DNA of 64,000 nt from positions 96,001-160,000 of IMG/VR virus record IMGVR_UViG_3300028888_000044; one strand, given 5' to 3'. This stretch comes from a virus. Lineage: Duplodnaviria > Heunggongvirae > Uroviricota > Caudoviricetes. The position numbers and the translations under genes were made by a program. Position 1 is the stretch's first letter; each line of letters starts with the position of its first letter. Shown piece by piece: positions 28,844-39,336 of the stretch. The notes beneath the pieces are model-generated. The model worked only from the letters and a program-made list of their open reading frames with translations. It searched no databases and was not told the DNA's origin.

Positions 28844-29323
28844 ATGAAGCAAGTTTTGAAAAACAAGAACGCTCAAGTTAAATCTGACAGCAAACCACGT
28901 TTCAAACCAAGGAAATTCAAGCATCCCAAATATGGCACATCAAAACTTGAAGAGGATTTTGCTCACAATTTTCTTGATAAGCTTGGTTTGGAATATGAGT
29001 ATCAGTTCGAAGCAAGGGACATTGGAAGATTTTATGACTTCAAGTGCAACAATGTGCTTATCGAGATTGATGGTGACTATTATCACGCAAACCCATTGAT
29101 TTACGAGGAAGAGGATTTGAGCACGATGCAGAAGAAGAACAAGAGGATTGACGAATATAAGGACAAGTGGGCAATTGCTCACGGTCATCCAATCTTGAGA
29201 ATATGGGAGCACGATATAAGGCATAATCCAGATAAGGTTCTTGAAATGCTTAAGGAAAGATTCTACATAAAAGATGCAAATAAGAATACTAACAAGCCAA
29301 AAAGAAAGATACTAAAGAAATGA
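28844..29323 (+). CDS. Vsr/DUF559-like endonuclease
   Basis: FYDF, LIEIDGDYYH, DxxKxxxAxxxG and ILRIWE. Confidence 0.75.
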   Translation: MKQVLKNKNAQVKSDSKPRFKPRKFKHPKYGTSKLEEDFAHNFLDKLGLEYEYQFEARDIGRFYDFKCNNVLIEIDGDYYHANPLIYEEEDLSTMQKKNKRIDEYKDKWAIAHGHPILRIWEHDIRHNPDKVLEMLKERFYIKDANKNTNKPKRKILKK

Positions 29324-29853
29324 AATGTGATTTGTATATACCTTACTACGGTTACGATGACAACAAGTTTGATATGAATGATTTCTATTCTGAAAACAAT
29401 TCATACATAGATGCGTTAAGGAAATATGCTACGCAAGATTCAGAAGAAATGCAGTACGAATTGGAAAAGAACGAAACGAAATATGCAAAGTGCAAATGCA
29501 CGTTGTATGATGAGGACAATAACCCTATGACAATTGACAAGTTGTTGGGATATTATGGTAAGAATGAATTGATTATGATGATTCTTGAGATAGACTTGTC
29601 AAGTGCTGAAGAGGAATTTGAAGGTGAATTAAATGGTTGGGTCAATGACCATTATAGGCTTGATTCAAAGTTTGAGAGATGTGATAATGATAGGTTCTTG
29701 GTTGAACCGAAGAGGGACTTGAAGATTGTGTTCAAGAACTTAAAGGGTAATGACACGTATTGCACACTTGCAAACACTATGATGTTTGAAAAGGGTGATG
29801 CAGAGCATTACTTCATAATAGTTGATAAAGTAATTTTTACAAAAAGTTTTTAA
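29320..29853 (+). CDS. Hypothetical protein
   Basis: 177-aa acidic ORF with ATGA coupling. Confidence 0.65.
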   Translation: MKCDLYIPYYGYDDNKFDMNDFYSENNSYIDALRKYATQDSEEMQYELEKNETKYAKCKCTLYDEDNNPMTIDKLLGYYGKNELIMMILEIDLSSAEEEFEGELNGWVNDHYRLDSKFERCDNDRFLVEPKRDLKIVFKNLKGNDTYCTLANTMMFEKGDAEHYFIIVDKVIFTKSF

Positions 29854-29862
29854 TTATAGATT

Positions 29863-31101
29863 ATGGCAAAGAAAAATCTAACAGAAGACCAATTAAAGGA
29901 GATTAATATCCTTAAAGCAAATGCCGCTATGCTTCAAAAGACAAAGAAGGAAGCACAAGAGAGAGGAAGCGAAAGCAAGGTTATTGAGCTAATAGATAAT
30001 GCGACACAAGATGTGTTCAGCCAAATGAGCCTTATTGACGAAGAGGCTTCAAAACAAGCGCAAGAAATGTCAGAACATCAGAAGGATGTTGTTGATGACT
30101 TCCAAGTCAATATAGGAAAGGATAAGTCAGTGTTTGATGCGCTTAACGAGCTTAATAACGGTGAAAGCAAGGAGAACGAGGAAACAAAGAAGCTGTTCTC
30201 ACAAACTAACGTCAGCAATGTGCAATATGACGTTATTTCCCTTCCAAGCAACGGTGAGGGATACAAGAGCAAGATTTCAAGATTACCAGTAGCATATTTG
30301 ACAGCATATGATGAAAACCTTATCACTTCACCAAGCCTTTATAGGGACGGTCTTGTTATTGACTGTTTGCTTAGAAGCAAGATTGTAAACAAGGATATTG
30401 ACCCAGATGAATTGCTGAGCGGTGATGTTGATGCAATAGTACTCTTCTTGAGAGCAACAAGCTACGGTGTTGAATTCCCAATTACAGTAAGAGACCCAGA
30501 AAGCGGTGAGAGAATTGAAAGCGTTGTTGACTTGTCAACCCTTAAGCCAAAGGAATTCAAGTTGAAGGGTGATGAAAACGGTCATTTCGAATATGTTTTG
30601 CCATTGGCAAAGGATACAGTAAAATTCAAGTATTTGACAAGAAGGGATGAAAAGAACCTTGAACTTATCTCAAAGATTGAGACAAAGGAATCAAATGCTA
30701 CACTTCTTGCAAGGGATATTTTCGAGATTAGAAGGATGGTAGAGAAATATGAAGACGAATTGACAACAAAGGAAAAGACAGCATTTACAGAACTATTGGA
30801 TAAGGCAGACGAGTTCAGAAAGAAACTCAAGTCAAACGATTCTGTAGGATATAACAAGATTATCACCAACAGAATGGAGATGAATATCGTTTCAATCAAT
30901 GGAAACAGCGATAGAAAATATATCCACGAATATGTAAACAATATGAGGGCAAAGGATTCTTTGGAATTGAGGAAATATATCAATGAAAATGAACCTGGAA
31001 TTGATTTTAATATCAAGGTCACAAGACCAGAGAGTCTAGGGGGAGGCTCTTTCGACACCTTTCTTGAATGGAACGATTCTGTTTTCCTCAATATCGCCTG
31101 A
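29863..31101 (+). CDS. Tail/baseplate assembly chaperone (T4 gp26-like)
   Basis: LPSNG-x2-Y, YLTAYDEN, LLSGDVDAIVLFLR-x3-YG and DSxxLRKYI; located upstream of the tape measure gene. Confidence 0.7.
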   Translation: MAKKNLTEDQLKEINILKANAAMLQKTKKEAQERGSESKVIELIDNATQDVFSQMSLIDEEASKQAQEMSEHQKDVVDDFQVNIGKDKSVFDALNELNNGESKENEETKKLFSQTNVSNVQYDVISLPSNGEGYKSKISRLPVAYLTAYDENLITSPSLYRDGLVIDCLLRSKIVNKDIDPDELLSGDVDAIVLFLRATSYGVEFPITVRDPESGERIESVVDLSTLKPKEFKLKGDENGHFEYVLPLAKDTVKFKYLTRRDEKNLELISKIETKESNATLLARDIFEIRRMVEKYEDELTTKEKTAFTELLDKADEFRKKLKSNDSVGYNKIITNRMEMNIVSINGNSDRKYIHEYVNNMRAKDSLELRKYINENEPGIDFNIKVTRPESLGGGSFDTFLEWNDSVFLNIA

Positions 31102-31342
31102 TTACGAGAGGAACCTTAAGGAGGAACTGTTCGGTTGTTTCGAGCATATGGGGATACCGTTCAATGTATTGAATGAAATGCCAGTTAGAGATAGAAAATT
31201 CTATATAATGAGGCATAATATGAAGGTAGAGGAAGAGAATGCAATGAGAAACGGAAACAATTCAACCAATATGGGTGACGCATTGAACAGCTTCGCTAGC
31301 TTGGAACAGCAAAATATACTTAATGCTAAAAAAAGAGGGTAA
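31082..31342 (+). CDS. Tail assembly chaperone C-terminal part (gp51-like / 'T' ORF), possibly reached by frameshift
   Basis: Overlaps the end of the gp26-like gene in another frame. It contains MPVRDRKFYI and has no ATG before its apparent core. Confidence 0.55.
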   Translation, partial: FSSISPDYERNLKEELFGCFEHMGIPFNVLNEMPVRDRKFYIMRHNMKVEEENAMRNGNNSTNMGDALNSFASLEQQNILNAKKRG

Positions 31343-31362
31343 TGTTTATCCTCTTTTTTTTT
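31327..31362 (+). terminator. Rho-independent terminator
   Basis: aaaaaaagagggtaa / ttatcctctttttttt. Confidence 0.75.
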
Positions 31363-31416
31363 ATAAAATTTTATGAAATATCTATTTATAAATGAATAGA
31401 AAAAAAGAATTAGAAT

Positions 31417-34400
31417 ATGCCAGCTTGGTTATTAGGTTTATTGAGTAAAATTCCAGCGGGTGCGTTGGATAAACTACTATCATTAGCTAAACTTCTCAAG
31501 GGAGGCGTTGGTGGTATATTTGGTGGTTTATCAGACTTGTATGGTTATCTTGAGGGGCTTGCCAAGGAGTGGGGAGAATTTGATGATGCTGCAAAGAAGA
31601 CAGCTCGTTCAATGGGTCTTACTCGTGAGCAAGCAGAACAGTTTAGGGGCAGCATAATTGATGCCCAAATAGAACTTGGTAGGCTGTACAATACATCTGA
31701 AAAGGAGATTACTGATTTTACCGAAGCTGTTTCAAAAGGCTACGGTAGAGTAATGCTGTTGAGCAAGCAAGCTCGTGAGGACTTTGCAGCCATCAAGATG
31801 CTTGTTGAGACTACGGCCATTCAAGAAATGGTCAAGAATATGGATGCGTTCGGTGCTTCGGTTGAAACATCGCTTGCATACATGTCCTTAACAAGGGAAC
31901 AAGCCAAGAAGTTGGGTTTGAATGCGGCTGAAGCTGCTGACAAGCTTAGCAAAAACGTTAATGCACTTTCCAAATTCGGCTTCAAGGAAGGCATATCTGA
32001 CATTCAACAGATGACCTTGTGGTCACAGAGGCTTAAGGTCAATTTCGAGTCAATAGCTGCCGCAACAAAGAACTTCAACACAATTCAAGGCGCAATTGAG
32101 AACAGTGCAAAGATTCAGATGCTTGGTGGCGAGATGTCATTCAACTATATGAATCCTATGGAGGTGATGGCAGAGGCAATGTCTGATACCAAGTCGTTTG
32201 GTGAACGCATTGCTGACACAGTTGCCGATATGGGTACTTTTGACAAAGGAACTGGTACTGTCAGAATCGAATCGTGGTTAGACCGAGCAAAGATTCAGCA
32301 CTATGCTGAAGCACTTGGTATACAAGTTGAAGAGCTTATAAATATGGCAAATCAACAAGCAAAGTTCCACGAGATTGACAGCCATATAAGTAGAGCCTTG
32401 TCTGAAGAGCAAAGGCAAGCTGTAGCTAATATGGCTCAATTCAATGCAGATGCCAACAGATGGGAGATTGTAGATGCACTTGGAAACAGACATGATGTTG
32501 AATCAATACAAAACGAGGGCTTGCTTAAGCAAATCGCAGCAAATACCGTTTCCAATGATAGGGACACAAACATAAAGAATATAGCTGGTCACGTTGCGGA
32601 GATTGCTAGTTGGTCGCACGATGAAGCGAGAGCAATGATTGGCTTCAACGAGCAGCAACAAGGTTATGAGAAGAGCATACAAGCTTCAAGGGCGAAGGCA
32701 ACACAAACACTTGAAATACCTAGCCTTGTTAATGGTATACATAGTATGGTAACTGATATTGTAACCAACCAAAAGGTTATGATTTCACTTATTATGGGTA
32801 TGGGTGCTCTTAGGTTTATCAAAGGTTTCACATCGGCAAAGGGTGTTGCAAAGCCATTAGGAAAACTCGTATCAAATGTATTCAAGTTCGGTAAAGCTGG
32901 ATTCGAGCATGGTGGTATTATAGGTGGTAACTATCCTACTGGCGACCAATTGTTCGCAAGAGTCAACTCTGACGAAATGGTTCTTACCAAGGAACAGCAG
33001 AGCCAATTGTTCCAAATAGCTAACGGTGCTATGCCAGCCGTTGTAGATTCATATAGCGAACCTACAAGTGGTGAAGAAAGTTGGTTAAAAGGATTGTATA
33101 GAAGAGGCGTAGCGCAAGAAGCAGCAGCAAGCAGAGGTGCAACGTCCACAATGACTGTAAGGTCAGACATTGCAACAAAGTTGAGAAACGTATTCAACGA
33201 ATTTACTGAAGCGCAAAGTCGTACTTGGGGAGAGTTTATATCAAAAGAAAAAGATGTATTTGGAAGTATAAGAAATACAAGAGTTTGGCAAGCTACATCA
33301 CGAGGCGTGACAGGGGTAAGAAATACTACTGTAAATGCTTATGAATCAGTAACTAATGGTATTACTCGTATAGGCAATAACATTACTCGAATCAACAACT
33401 CAATAGCAAATTCACAGATAGTTACAAGAGTAGGGCAAATTGGCACTAAAATAACGCAGACAACAGAAAGTGTCGCAAACACAATTGCCAACTCAAGGGT
33501 TGTTGGCGGCATACAGAGAATGAATACTGCAATACACAACACAACGGAAAGCATAATCAGCAGTTTGCGTACAGTACCTACAAGCATTTCAACACAGACA
33601 ACAAGAATTGCAAACGCAGTGAGGAATTCAAGGGTTGTCACTTCTGTTGCAAATTTTGGTGGTAGTGTGGCAAGAGGAACAAGGGCGGTTGTAAACCCAT
33701 TAATTAAGCTTGGCTCTGCAACTGCTTCCAATGCAAGCCATTTGGGTGGAAGAATCTATGGAGGTGTTCAGAACAGTAGGTTTGGTGTAAAGGCTATTGG
33801 CAAATCCGTCAAGAGTGTTGCACAAAAGGCAAATGCTAGGGTTGGACGTTCAGTAGTTGGCAAAGCAAGCAAATCGTTAGCATCAAAGGCTGCTACAAAG
33901 ATGGTTGGCAAGTTAGTCAAGGGTGGCGGACCAGCAGCATTAGCTGGTATAGCAGTTGATGCAGCAAACATTCTTGGTCAACATTTTGGCATCATTGAAG
34001 AAGGAGGCAACACAGCCAAGGCTCTAAATGTTGTTGGAGACACACTTGGATATGCAGCTACTGGTGCTATGATAGGTAGCTTTATTCCAGTTATAGGTAA
34101 TGCAGTTGGTGGTTTGATTGGTGGCGCGATTGGTTTGACAAAGAGCTTGTCTGATAATTTCGGAAAAGAAATTAAGAGCTTCTTCGTTGGAAAGGACAAT
34201 ATGTCTATGGCAGATGTTGCACAGCAGCAATATGAGCAGTCCAAATTCGGTATGGATGTAATTGAAGCATCTATACAGCAAGACCCAACTGGTGAAAACT
34301 TGAAATTGCTTGCAGCACAAGCCACTGTCAAGATGCACGATTTGCTTGTTTCTATATGGTACAGACTTAACGGATTGCAAAGCAATGGAGAAAAGGCAGA

Positions 34401-35181
34401 TAGAGGATTGCTTGGAGGATTGGCAAATGCTGCAAAGTTCGTTGTCGGAGGTACAATTGGAGGTGTTGCTTCAACAGTGGTAAGCGTTGCGAGTGGAAGC
34501 GTACAAGAACCAACAAGGGCTTTGCCACAATCAAGTGCGGTTGTGCAAGAAGAGAACCCTACCGAAACATCAACAAAGGATTATGAGCTTGAGAATAGGG
34601 CTTATCAGTCAACCATTGATATTCTTGAGATTTTGAAGAACAATGTCGCAGTTAAACCAGAGGTTGAACCTATTCAAGCAAACAACACAAACATAAGGAG
34701 CTACAGATACAACAGAAGCGCTATGAATGGCACAGCCAACTACAGCAACTATATGTATGGTAGGAATGCTATGGGTAATGTTAGTGTTGCAAACGTAGGA
34801 AACGGTTTGTATCCTACCATCGCACAAGACACAACTTCTATTGGTGTTAAAAAGAGTGATGCAGTACAGCCAAATGTTATGTCAGTACCAGTTGTAGGTG
34901 CACCTATGGTTGTTGCCCCTTCGTATGAGGTTAAGATTGGTGGTGACAAACCTCTTGACGTTAATTTGAACGTTAGTGGCACAATTAAGCTTGATGCAAG
35001 CGCATTTGGTGGAAAGAAGGTTGATATAAATATAAATCAGTTGTTGGAGGATAATGCGGTTAAGAGCAAGATAATCGACATCATAATGACTGAATTCTCA
35101 AAGGTCAATGGCAAGACTGCAAAGGACACGGCATTCAGCAAGACAAGGAATATGCTGTTGGGTATGTCACAGATGCCATAA
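31417..35181 (+). CDS. Tail tape measure protein
   Basis: 1254 aa, helical and Ala/Gly-rich. It has GGIIGG...GDxLxARVNSxEMVL and a glycine-zipper GAMIGSFIPVIGNAVGGLIGGAIG, and it follows the chaperone genes. Confidence 0.85.
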   Translation: MPAWLLGLLSKIPAGALDKLLSLAKLLKGGVGGIFGGLSDLYGYLEGLAKEWGEFDDAAKKTARSMGLTREQAEQFRGSIIDAQIELGRLYNTSEKEITDFTEAVSKGYGRVMLLSKQAREDFAAIKMLVETTAIQEMVKNMDAFGASVETSLAYMSLTREQAKKLGLNAAEAADKLSKNVNALSKFGFKEGISDIQQMTLWSQRLKVNFESIAAATKNFNTIQGAIENSAKIQMLGGEMSFNYMNPMEVMAEAMSDTKSFGERIADTVADMGTFDKGTGTVRIESWLDRAKIQHYAEALGIQVEELINMANQQAKFHEIDSHISRALSEEQRQAVANMAQFNADANRWEIVDALGNRHDVESIQNEGLLKQIAANTVSNDRDTNIKNIAGHVAEIASWSHDEARAMIGFNEQQQGYEKSIQASRAKATQTLEIPSLVNGIHSMVTDIVTNQKVMISLIMGMGALRFIKGFTSAKGVAKPLGKLVSNVFKFGKAGFEHGGIIGGNYPTGDQLFARVNSDEMVLTKEQQSQLFQIANGAMPAVVDSYSEPTSGEESWLKGLYRRGVAQEAAASRGATSTMTVRSDIATKLRNVFNEFTEAQSRTWGEFISKEKDVFGSIRNTRVWQATSRGVTGVRNTTVNAYESVTNGITRIGNNITRINNSIANSQIVTRVGQIGTKITQTTESVANTIANSRVVGGIQRMNTAIHNTTESIISSLRTVPTSISTQTTRIANAVRNSRVVTSVANFGGSVARGTRAVVNPLIKLGSATASNASHLGGRIYGGVQNSRFGVKAIGKSVKSVAQKANARVGRSVVGKASKSLASKAATKMVGKLVKGGGPAALAGIAVDAANILGQHFGIIEEGGNTAKALNVVGDTLGYAATGAMIGSFIPVIGNAVGGLIGGAIGLTKSLSDNFGKEIKSFFVGKDNMSMADVAQQQYEQSKFGMDVIEASIQQDPTGENLKLLAAQATVKMHDLLVSIWYRLNGLQSNGEKADRGLLGGLANAAKFVVGGTIGGVASTVVSVASGSVQEPTRALPQSSAVVQEENPTETSTKDYELENRAYQSTIDILEILKNNVAVKPEVEPIQANNTNIRSYRYNRSAMNGTANYSNYMYGRNAMGNVSVANVGNGLYPTIAQDTTSIGVKKSDAVQPNVMSVPVVGAPMVVAPSYEVKIGGDKPLDVNLNVSGTIKLDASAFGGKKVDININQLLEDNAVKSKIIDIIMTEFSKVNGKTAKDTAFSKTRNMLLGMSQMP

Positions 35182-35199
35182 AGAAAAATAAAATAACGG

Positions 35200-35257
35200 T
35201 TGTTTTTGCGGCACATAAACATATATTTTCTAATATGCCTATATGTCGCAAAAACAA
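35200..35257. other. Long intergenic hairpin
   Basis: ttgtttttgcggcacata ... tatatgtcgcaaaaacaa inverted repeat. Confidence 0.65.
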
Positions 35258-35274
35258 GGTTTATTATAACAAGT

Positions 35275-38200
35275 ATGATAGACAATTTAGAATATACATA
35301 CAGACGAGGTTGTGCAAGAGCAAGCCTACTTCGCAAGAATTACAACTTCATCAATACCGTGTTGACTAGGAACATCGGTAATGTTCATTATGCCTATGCA
35401 GTGGTTGAGGAATTGCTTGGGTCTGATATTGGAATGGGCAGAATTGTTCATACTGGATTGGTAAGAGACCCAGTTGTATTTTCAGTAACAGAAAAGAGGA
35501 AAGAGGTTGACAACTATTTGACATATGCAAAGTATATCAATCAGAACACTGTCAAGGCATTGTACTCAAAAAAGAATGGTAGTATATTGTTTGATAACTT
35601 GTTGAGTCTAAACAACGATACTGTCAACATATATTCTAATGATAATATATTGAGATTCGACCCATATGACCCATTGTCAAGGGAAAGCGAGATGTATGTG
35701 TCTTTGGTTGCTGCCAAGATGTATGAGTCTATGTATGGCAACTATTGGGAAGGTACTGAAAAAGTACCTCATCAGCTTACAAGTGGATATACATATTGGG
35801 ATTTGGTTCCGCATAATGTAAGTGTAAGAAATATATCCATCAAAAATGATGGATTGTTTTCATACATATCGGCAGAGTTGCCAAAAAGCCAAGGCGATAA
35901 TATTAAGAATGCTTATGTACAATTAAGGAAACCATCAGTCGAATGGATTAGACAATATTATCCATCAAATATATTTTGGAATAGTGATGATAATGATATA
36001 AGTAAAGTCATACATAGGCAGAATCGTGAGATTCGAGGAAGGTATGGAAACAAATTGCAAGAAGATAACCAAAAAAGAACATTATTTGATGGTAGTGTTA
36101 TTGGTTTCTTATTTGACAAGTCGAAACAATTCACTGATTCAATAAGTGAAAGAAAGAGATATACTTATGCCGAGTCTGTAGTGGCTGACAATGAAGCTGT
36201 AGTAATCACAAACAACGAAACAACAAGTGCAGTTGAAGATTCAATACCATTTGATGGTATCTATACAGAATCATTCCAAAAGAAACCAGATGGTAAGGAT
36301 GACTTGATTTCATTCACCAACAATATGTTCCGAATAGGAAGATATAAGACGATGATTGCTAGGTTTGGTACAAATGCTGTAGGACCACACGGAAGATTCA
36401 ACGATATAGATGATTACAGCGAATACAATACAGCAATTTCAGAACGCGGTATGTCTCATGGTAGAAACTTGTTGAAGGAGGCTGATAAGCGAAATTTCAT
36501 ACATAGGCAAGCTGATATATCAGAGGCTTATAACGACCCATATTGCCGTGTATGGACTAACTATCATCAGTATAATTCGGTTCACGATATGATTCGCCCT
36601 TTTACAACAGTGGACGAATATGATATGGCAGCACCAGTATATGATGAGATGCTTATGAGGGACTATGGGTTTGAAAAGGTAAGGACAAAGGCTGTAGGCG
36701 GCTTTATGGATGGTCAAGCAAGGCTTGGTCAGATGGGTGTTTTACAAAAGAACGGTTTTGTGAATATTACCCCAAAGCAAGAAGGTGATGCTGCTGCAAA
36801 AACAAAAAGATGTATGTTTTCTCTTGAGAACTTGGCATGGAAAGGATGCACACAGTCGTTGTCAAAGTCACAAATAGGACCTTTTGGTGGACGCATAATG
36901 TGGTTCCCACCATATGACTTGAAATTTTCAGAAAATGTTTCAAGCCCTTGGAATGCAAATCAGTTTATCGGTAGGGGAGAAAAGGTATATACATATACAG
37001 ATACAGAAAGAACTGGACAGTTATCTTTCAAGATTTTGGTAGACCATCCTTCGATAATTAATTTCTTCAGAGGTACGAATGACAGTGATTTGCATCAGAC
37101 TGGTTTGGAATATGATTTATTGAGATTTTTTGCAGGATGCGGTCATCCAGTACCAGCAAACATAAGCAAGCAAGAGAATGATAATAATGAAACTGAAGAA
37201 CCAAAGCAACAACCAGAACAGAAGAGAGAAGATTCTTGTGACAAGATTATGTGCTTGATGTTCTTCCCAAACAATTACACTGGCAATTATGATAAGGATG
37301 ATGTTGACCCAATTATATACCTTTTAAACGGTATTGGTAGCCAAAAATATCTTGATGGAAAAGTAGTCAAGGATTTGCCAACTAATCCAAATGTGTTAGG
37401 ATATTCTGTAAGTGGTGAATCAAATGAGCTTATCGGTTATGAGATTAGAGATAATATTGGAAATGACCCAAAGGCTTACGTTGGCGGTATTACACCAGCT
37501 GATATTGTAACAGACCAAGACAAGAGGGAAAACAAGGTTACTGCTTGTACTTACAATGGTTATACATTGGTTCCGCAAAAGAACTCTGAATCATCTCCAT
37601 TGAATGACTGGTGGTATAGGGTTGATGTAAGAAAAAGCAATATCAGTTGTGCCAACATAAAGAGTAGGAACAAGAAGGTTGACTGTGAGAAACTGTTCAA
37701 GGATGAAAAGAAATTAAAGAATGTTGAAGGTCACAAGGATTGCAGAAGCTTTGGCTTGAACAGCAGTAAAGGTCGCGGATTCATTTACAATGATGAGGAT
37801 TACAAGAATTCCTATGCTTGCACCGTATTTAATTTATCTCAAGAAGATTGCGAGAATTCATTGTTCTCTTTCACAGAATTTTATGTTGCATTTACTGAAA
37901 AGTATGGAACTAAAAACAAATTGACAGAAGAACTTGCAAGAAACTATTGTGACACAGAAAAATTGGATATATTAAGGGGAATACTTGAAAAGAGGAAATT
38001 AGCCAAATTGGAGACAAATGGTTGGGCTTCAAGACAAGGATATGAGGCAAGTAACATTCAGCTTGGACTTGATAGAGCAACAACAGCAAAGAACTTCTTC
38101 GATAAGCTGAAGGTGAAGTTTGAAAAGGTTACTGACCCTAAATCTGAAGGTATTGTCCCAACAACGGCAGACAAGGGTGCTCAAAAGGACGAGTCTGAAC

Positions 38201-38991
38201 TTAAGGCTAAAATAGGTAGAAGTGCATTGATAACAATTTATCTGTCAAATGAAGAGACCACAACCTTGCAAGAGTCAAGCAACACGGAGGGAAATGACGA
38301 TAACTTCAAGGTTGCTGAAAGGGAAAAGCCAAGCGCAAATACAGTTAATACTGAAAGCAATTTGATGGAAAGTACAAACCCTCAATCATATTATGAGAGT
38401 GTTGGTACAAATGGCAGATATGATGACGAATACCGATTCTTCAAGGAGATAGACATAAATGATACGTTCTTGAGGCATAAAATTAGGGAAAAGATACAAT
38501 ATTTTGACCCAGCTTATCATTCAATTTCACCAGAAGGATTTAACGCAAGGCTCACGTTCCTGCATCAATGCACAAGGCAAGGACCAACAATTGGAAACAG
38601 CAATGTCAATGGGGTAAATAGGATTGCCAACAACTTGGCATTTGGAAGGCAACCAGTATGTGTATTAAGAATAGGAGATTTCTATTATACAAAGATAATA
38701 ATAGAGAGTTTGCAGATAACGTATGACACTGATGGTATAAAGTGGGATTTGAACCCAGAAGGTATTGGCGTACAACCTATGTTTGCTGACATATCCATTA
38801 CATTCAAGTTCCTTGGTGGTAGTGATTTGGCTGGTCCTATTGGAAGATTGCAGAATGCGGTTTCATTCAACTATTATGCCAATACTGGAGTATATGATAA
38901 TAGAGCTGAAATGATACAGTATGATTCTAATGGGAATTATGTCAAGTTTAAGGAATTTAACCCAATAAACAAAAAGATAACTACAAATTGA
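35275..38991 (+). CDS. Baseplate/tube-initiator-like protein with an OmpA-like insert
   Basis: Probable start is the ATG at 35275. WFPPYDLKFSE...FIGRGExVYTY and PVCVLRIGD...WDL...PMFA resemble tube-initiator folds. GWAS...NxxLxxxRA is OmpA-like. Confidence 0.6.
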   Translation: MIDNLEYTYRRGCARASLLRKNYNFINTVLTRNIGNVHYAYAVVEELLGSDIGMGRIVHTGLVRDPVVFSVTEKRKEVDNYLTYAKYINQNTVKALYSKKNGSILFDNLLSLNNDTVNIYSNDNILRFDPYDPLSRESEMYVSLVAAKMYESMYGNYWEGTEKVPHQLTSGYTYWDLVPHNVSVRNISIKNDGLFSYISAELPKSQGDNIKNAYVQLRKPSVEWIRQYYPSNIFWNSDDNDISKVIHRQNREIRGRYGNKLQEDNQKRTLFDGSVIGFLFDKSKQFTDSISERKRYTYAESVVADNEAVVITNNETTSAVEDSIPFDGIYTESFQKKPDGKDDLISFTNNMFRIGRYKTMIARFGTNAVGPHGRFNDIDDYSEYNTAISERGMSHGRNLLKEADKRNFIHRQADISEAYNDPYCRVWTNYHQYNSVHDMIRPFTTVDEYDMAAPVYDEMLMRDYGFEKVRTKAVGGFMDGQARLGQMGVLQKNGFVNITPKQEGDAAAKTKRCMFSLENLAWKGCTQSLSKSQIGPFGGRIMWFPPYDLKFSENVSSPWNANQFIGRGEKVYTYTDTERTGQLSFKILVDHPSIINFFRGTNDSDLHQTGLEYDLLRFFAGCGHPVPANISKQENDNNETEEPKQQPEQKREDSCDKIMCLMFFPNNYTGNYDKDDVDPIIYLLNGIGSQKYLDGKVVKDLPTNPNVLGYSVSGESNELIGYEIRDNIGNDPKAYVGGITPADIVTDQDKRENKVTACTYNGYTLVPQKNSESSPLNDWWYRVDVRKSNISCANIKSRNKKVDCEKLFKDEKKLKNVEGHKDCRSFGLNSSKGRGFIYNDEDYKNSYACTVFNLSQEDCENSLFSFTEFYVAFTEKYGTKNKLTEELARNYCDTEKLDILRGILEKRKLAKLETNGWASRQGYEASNIQLGLDRATTAKNFFDKLKVKFEKVTDPKSEGIVPTTADKGAQKDESELKAKIGRSALITIYLSNEETTTLQESSNTEGNDDNFKVAEREKPSANTVNTESNLMESTNPQSYYESVGTNGRYDDEYRFFKEIDINDTFLRHKIREKIQYFDPAYHSISPEGFNARLTFLHQCTRQGPTIGNSNVNGVNRIANNLAFGRQPVCVLRIGDFYYTKIIIESLQITYDTDGIKWDLNPEGIGVQPMFADISITFKFLGGSDLAGPIGRLQNAVSFNYYANTGVYDNRAEMIQYDSNGNYVKFKEFNPINKKITTN

Positions 38992-38997
38992 TAGAAA

Positions 38998-39318
38998 ATG
39001 AGCACATACAGCAGATATGACAACTTCGTTGATGATGGGATGATGAAATTCGTCCCATTCATCAAAATTAGGGAAAAAACGACTGATAAGTTCGTGTATT
39101 ATATAAACGGACAATCGAGATTGGACTTGTTGTCTTATCAATACTATGATAATCCTAACTATGGTTGGCTTATTCTACAAGCCAACCCAGAAGTTGGTAG
39201 TTACGAGTTCAATATACCTACAAACACGTTGTTGAGGATACCATATCCTTTGTCAACAACACTTTCGCAATACAATGACGATATAGCCTTATATGACGCA
39301 ATGTATGGCATACACTAA
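38998..39318 (+). CDS. LysM-like baseplate wedge protein (T4 gp53-like)
   Basis: RLDLLSYQYYDNPNYGWLILQANP...LRIP. Confidence 0.8.
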   Translation: MSTYSRYDNFVDDGMMKFVPFIKIREKTTDKFVYYINGQSRLDLLSYQYYDNPNYGWLILQANPEVGSYEFNIPTNTLLRIPYPLSTTLSQYNDDIALYDAMYGIH

Positions 39319-39336
39319 TGACTAAAGCATCTTATT

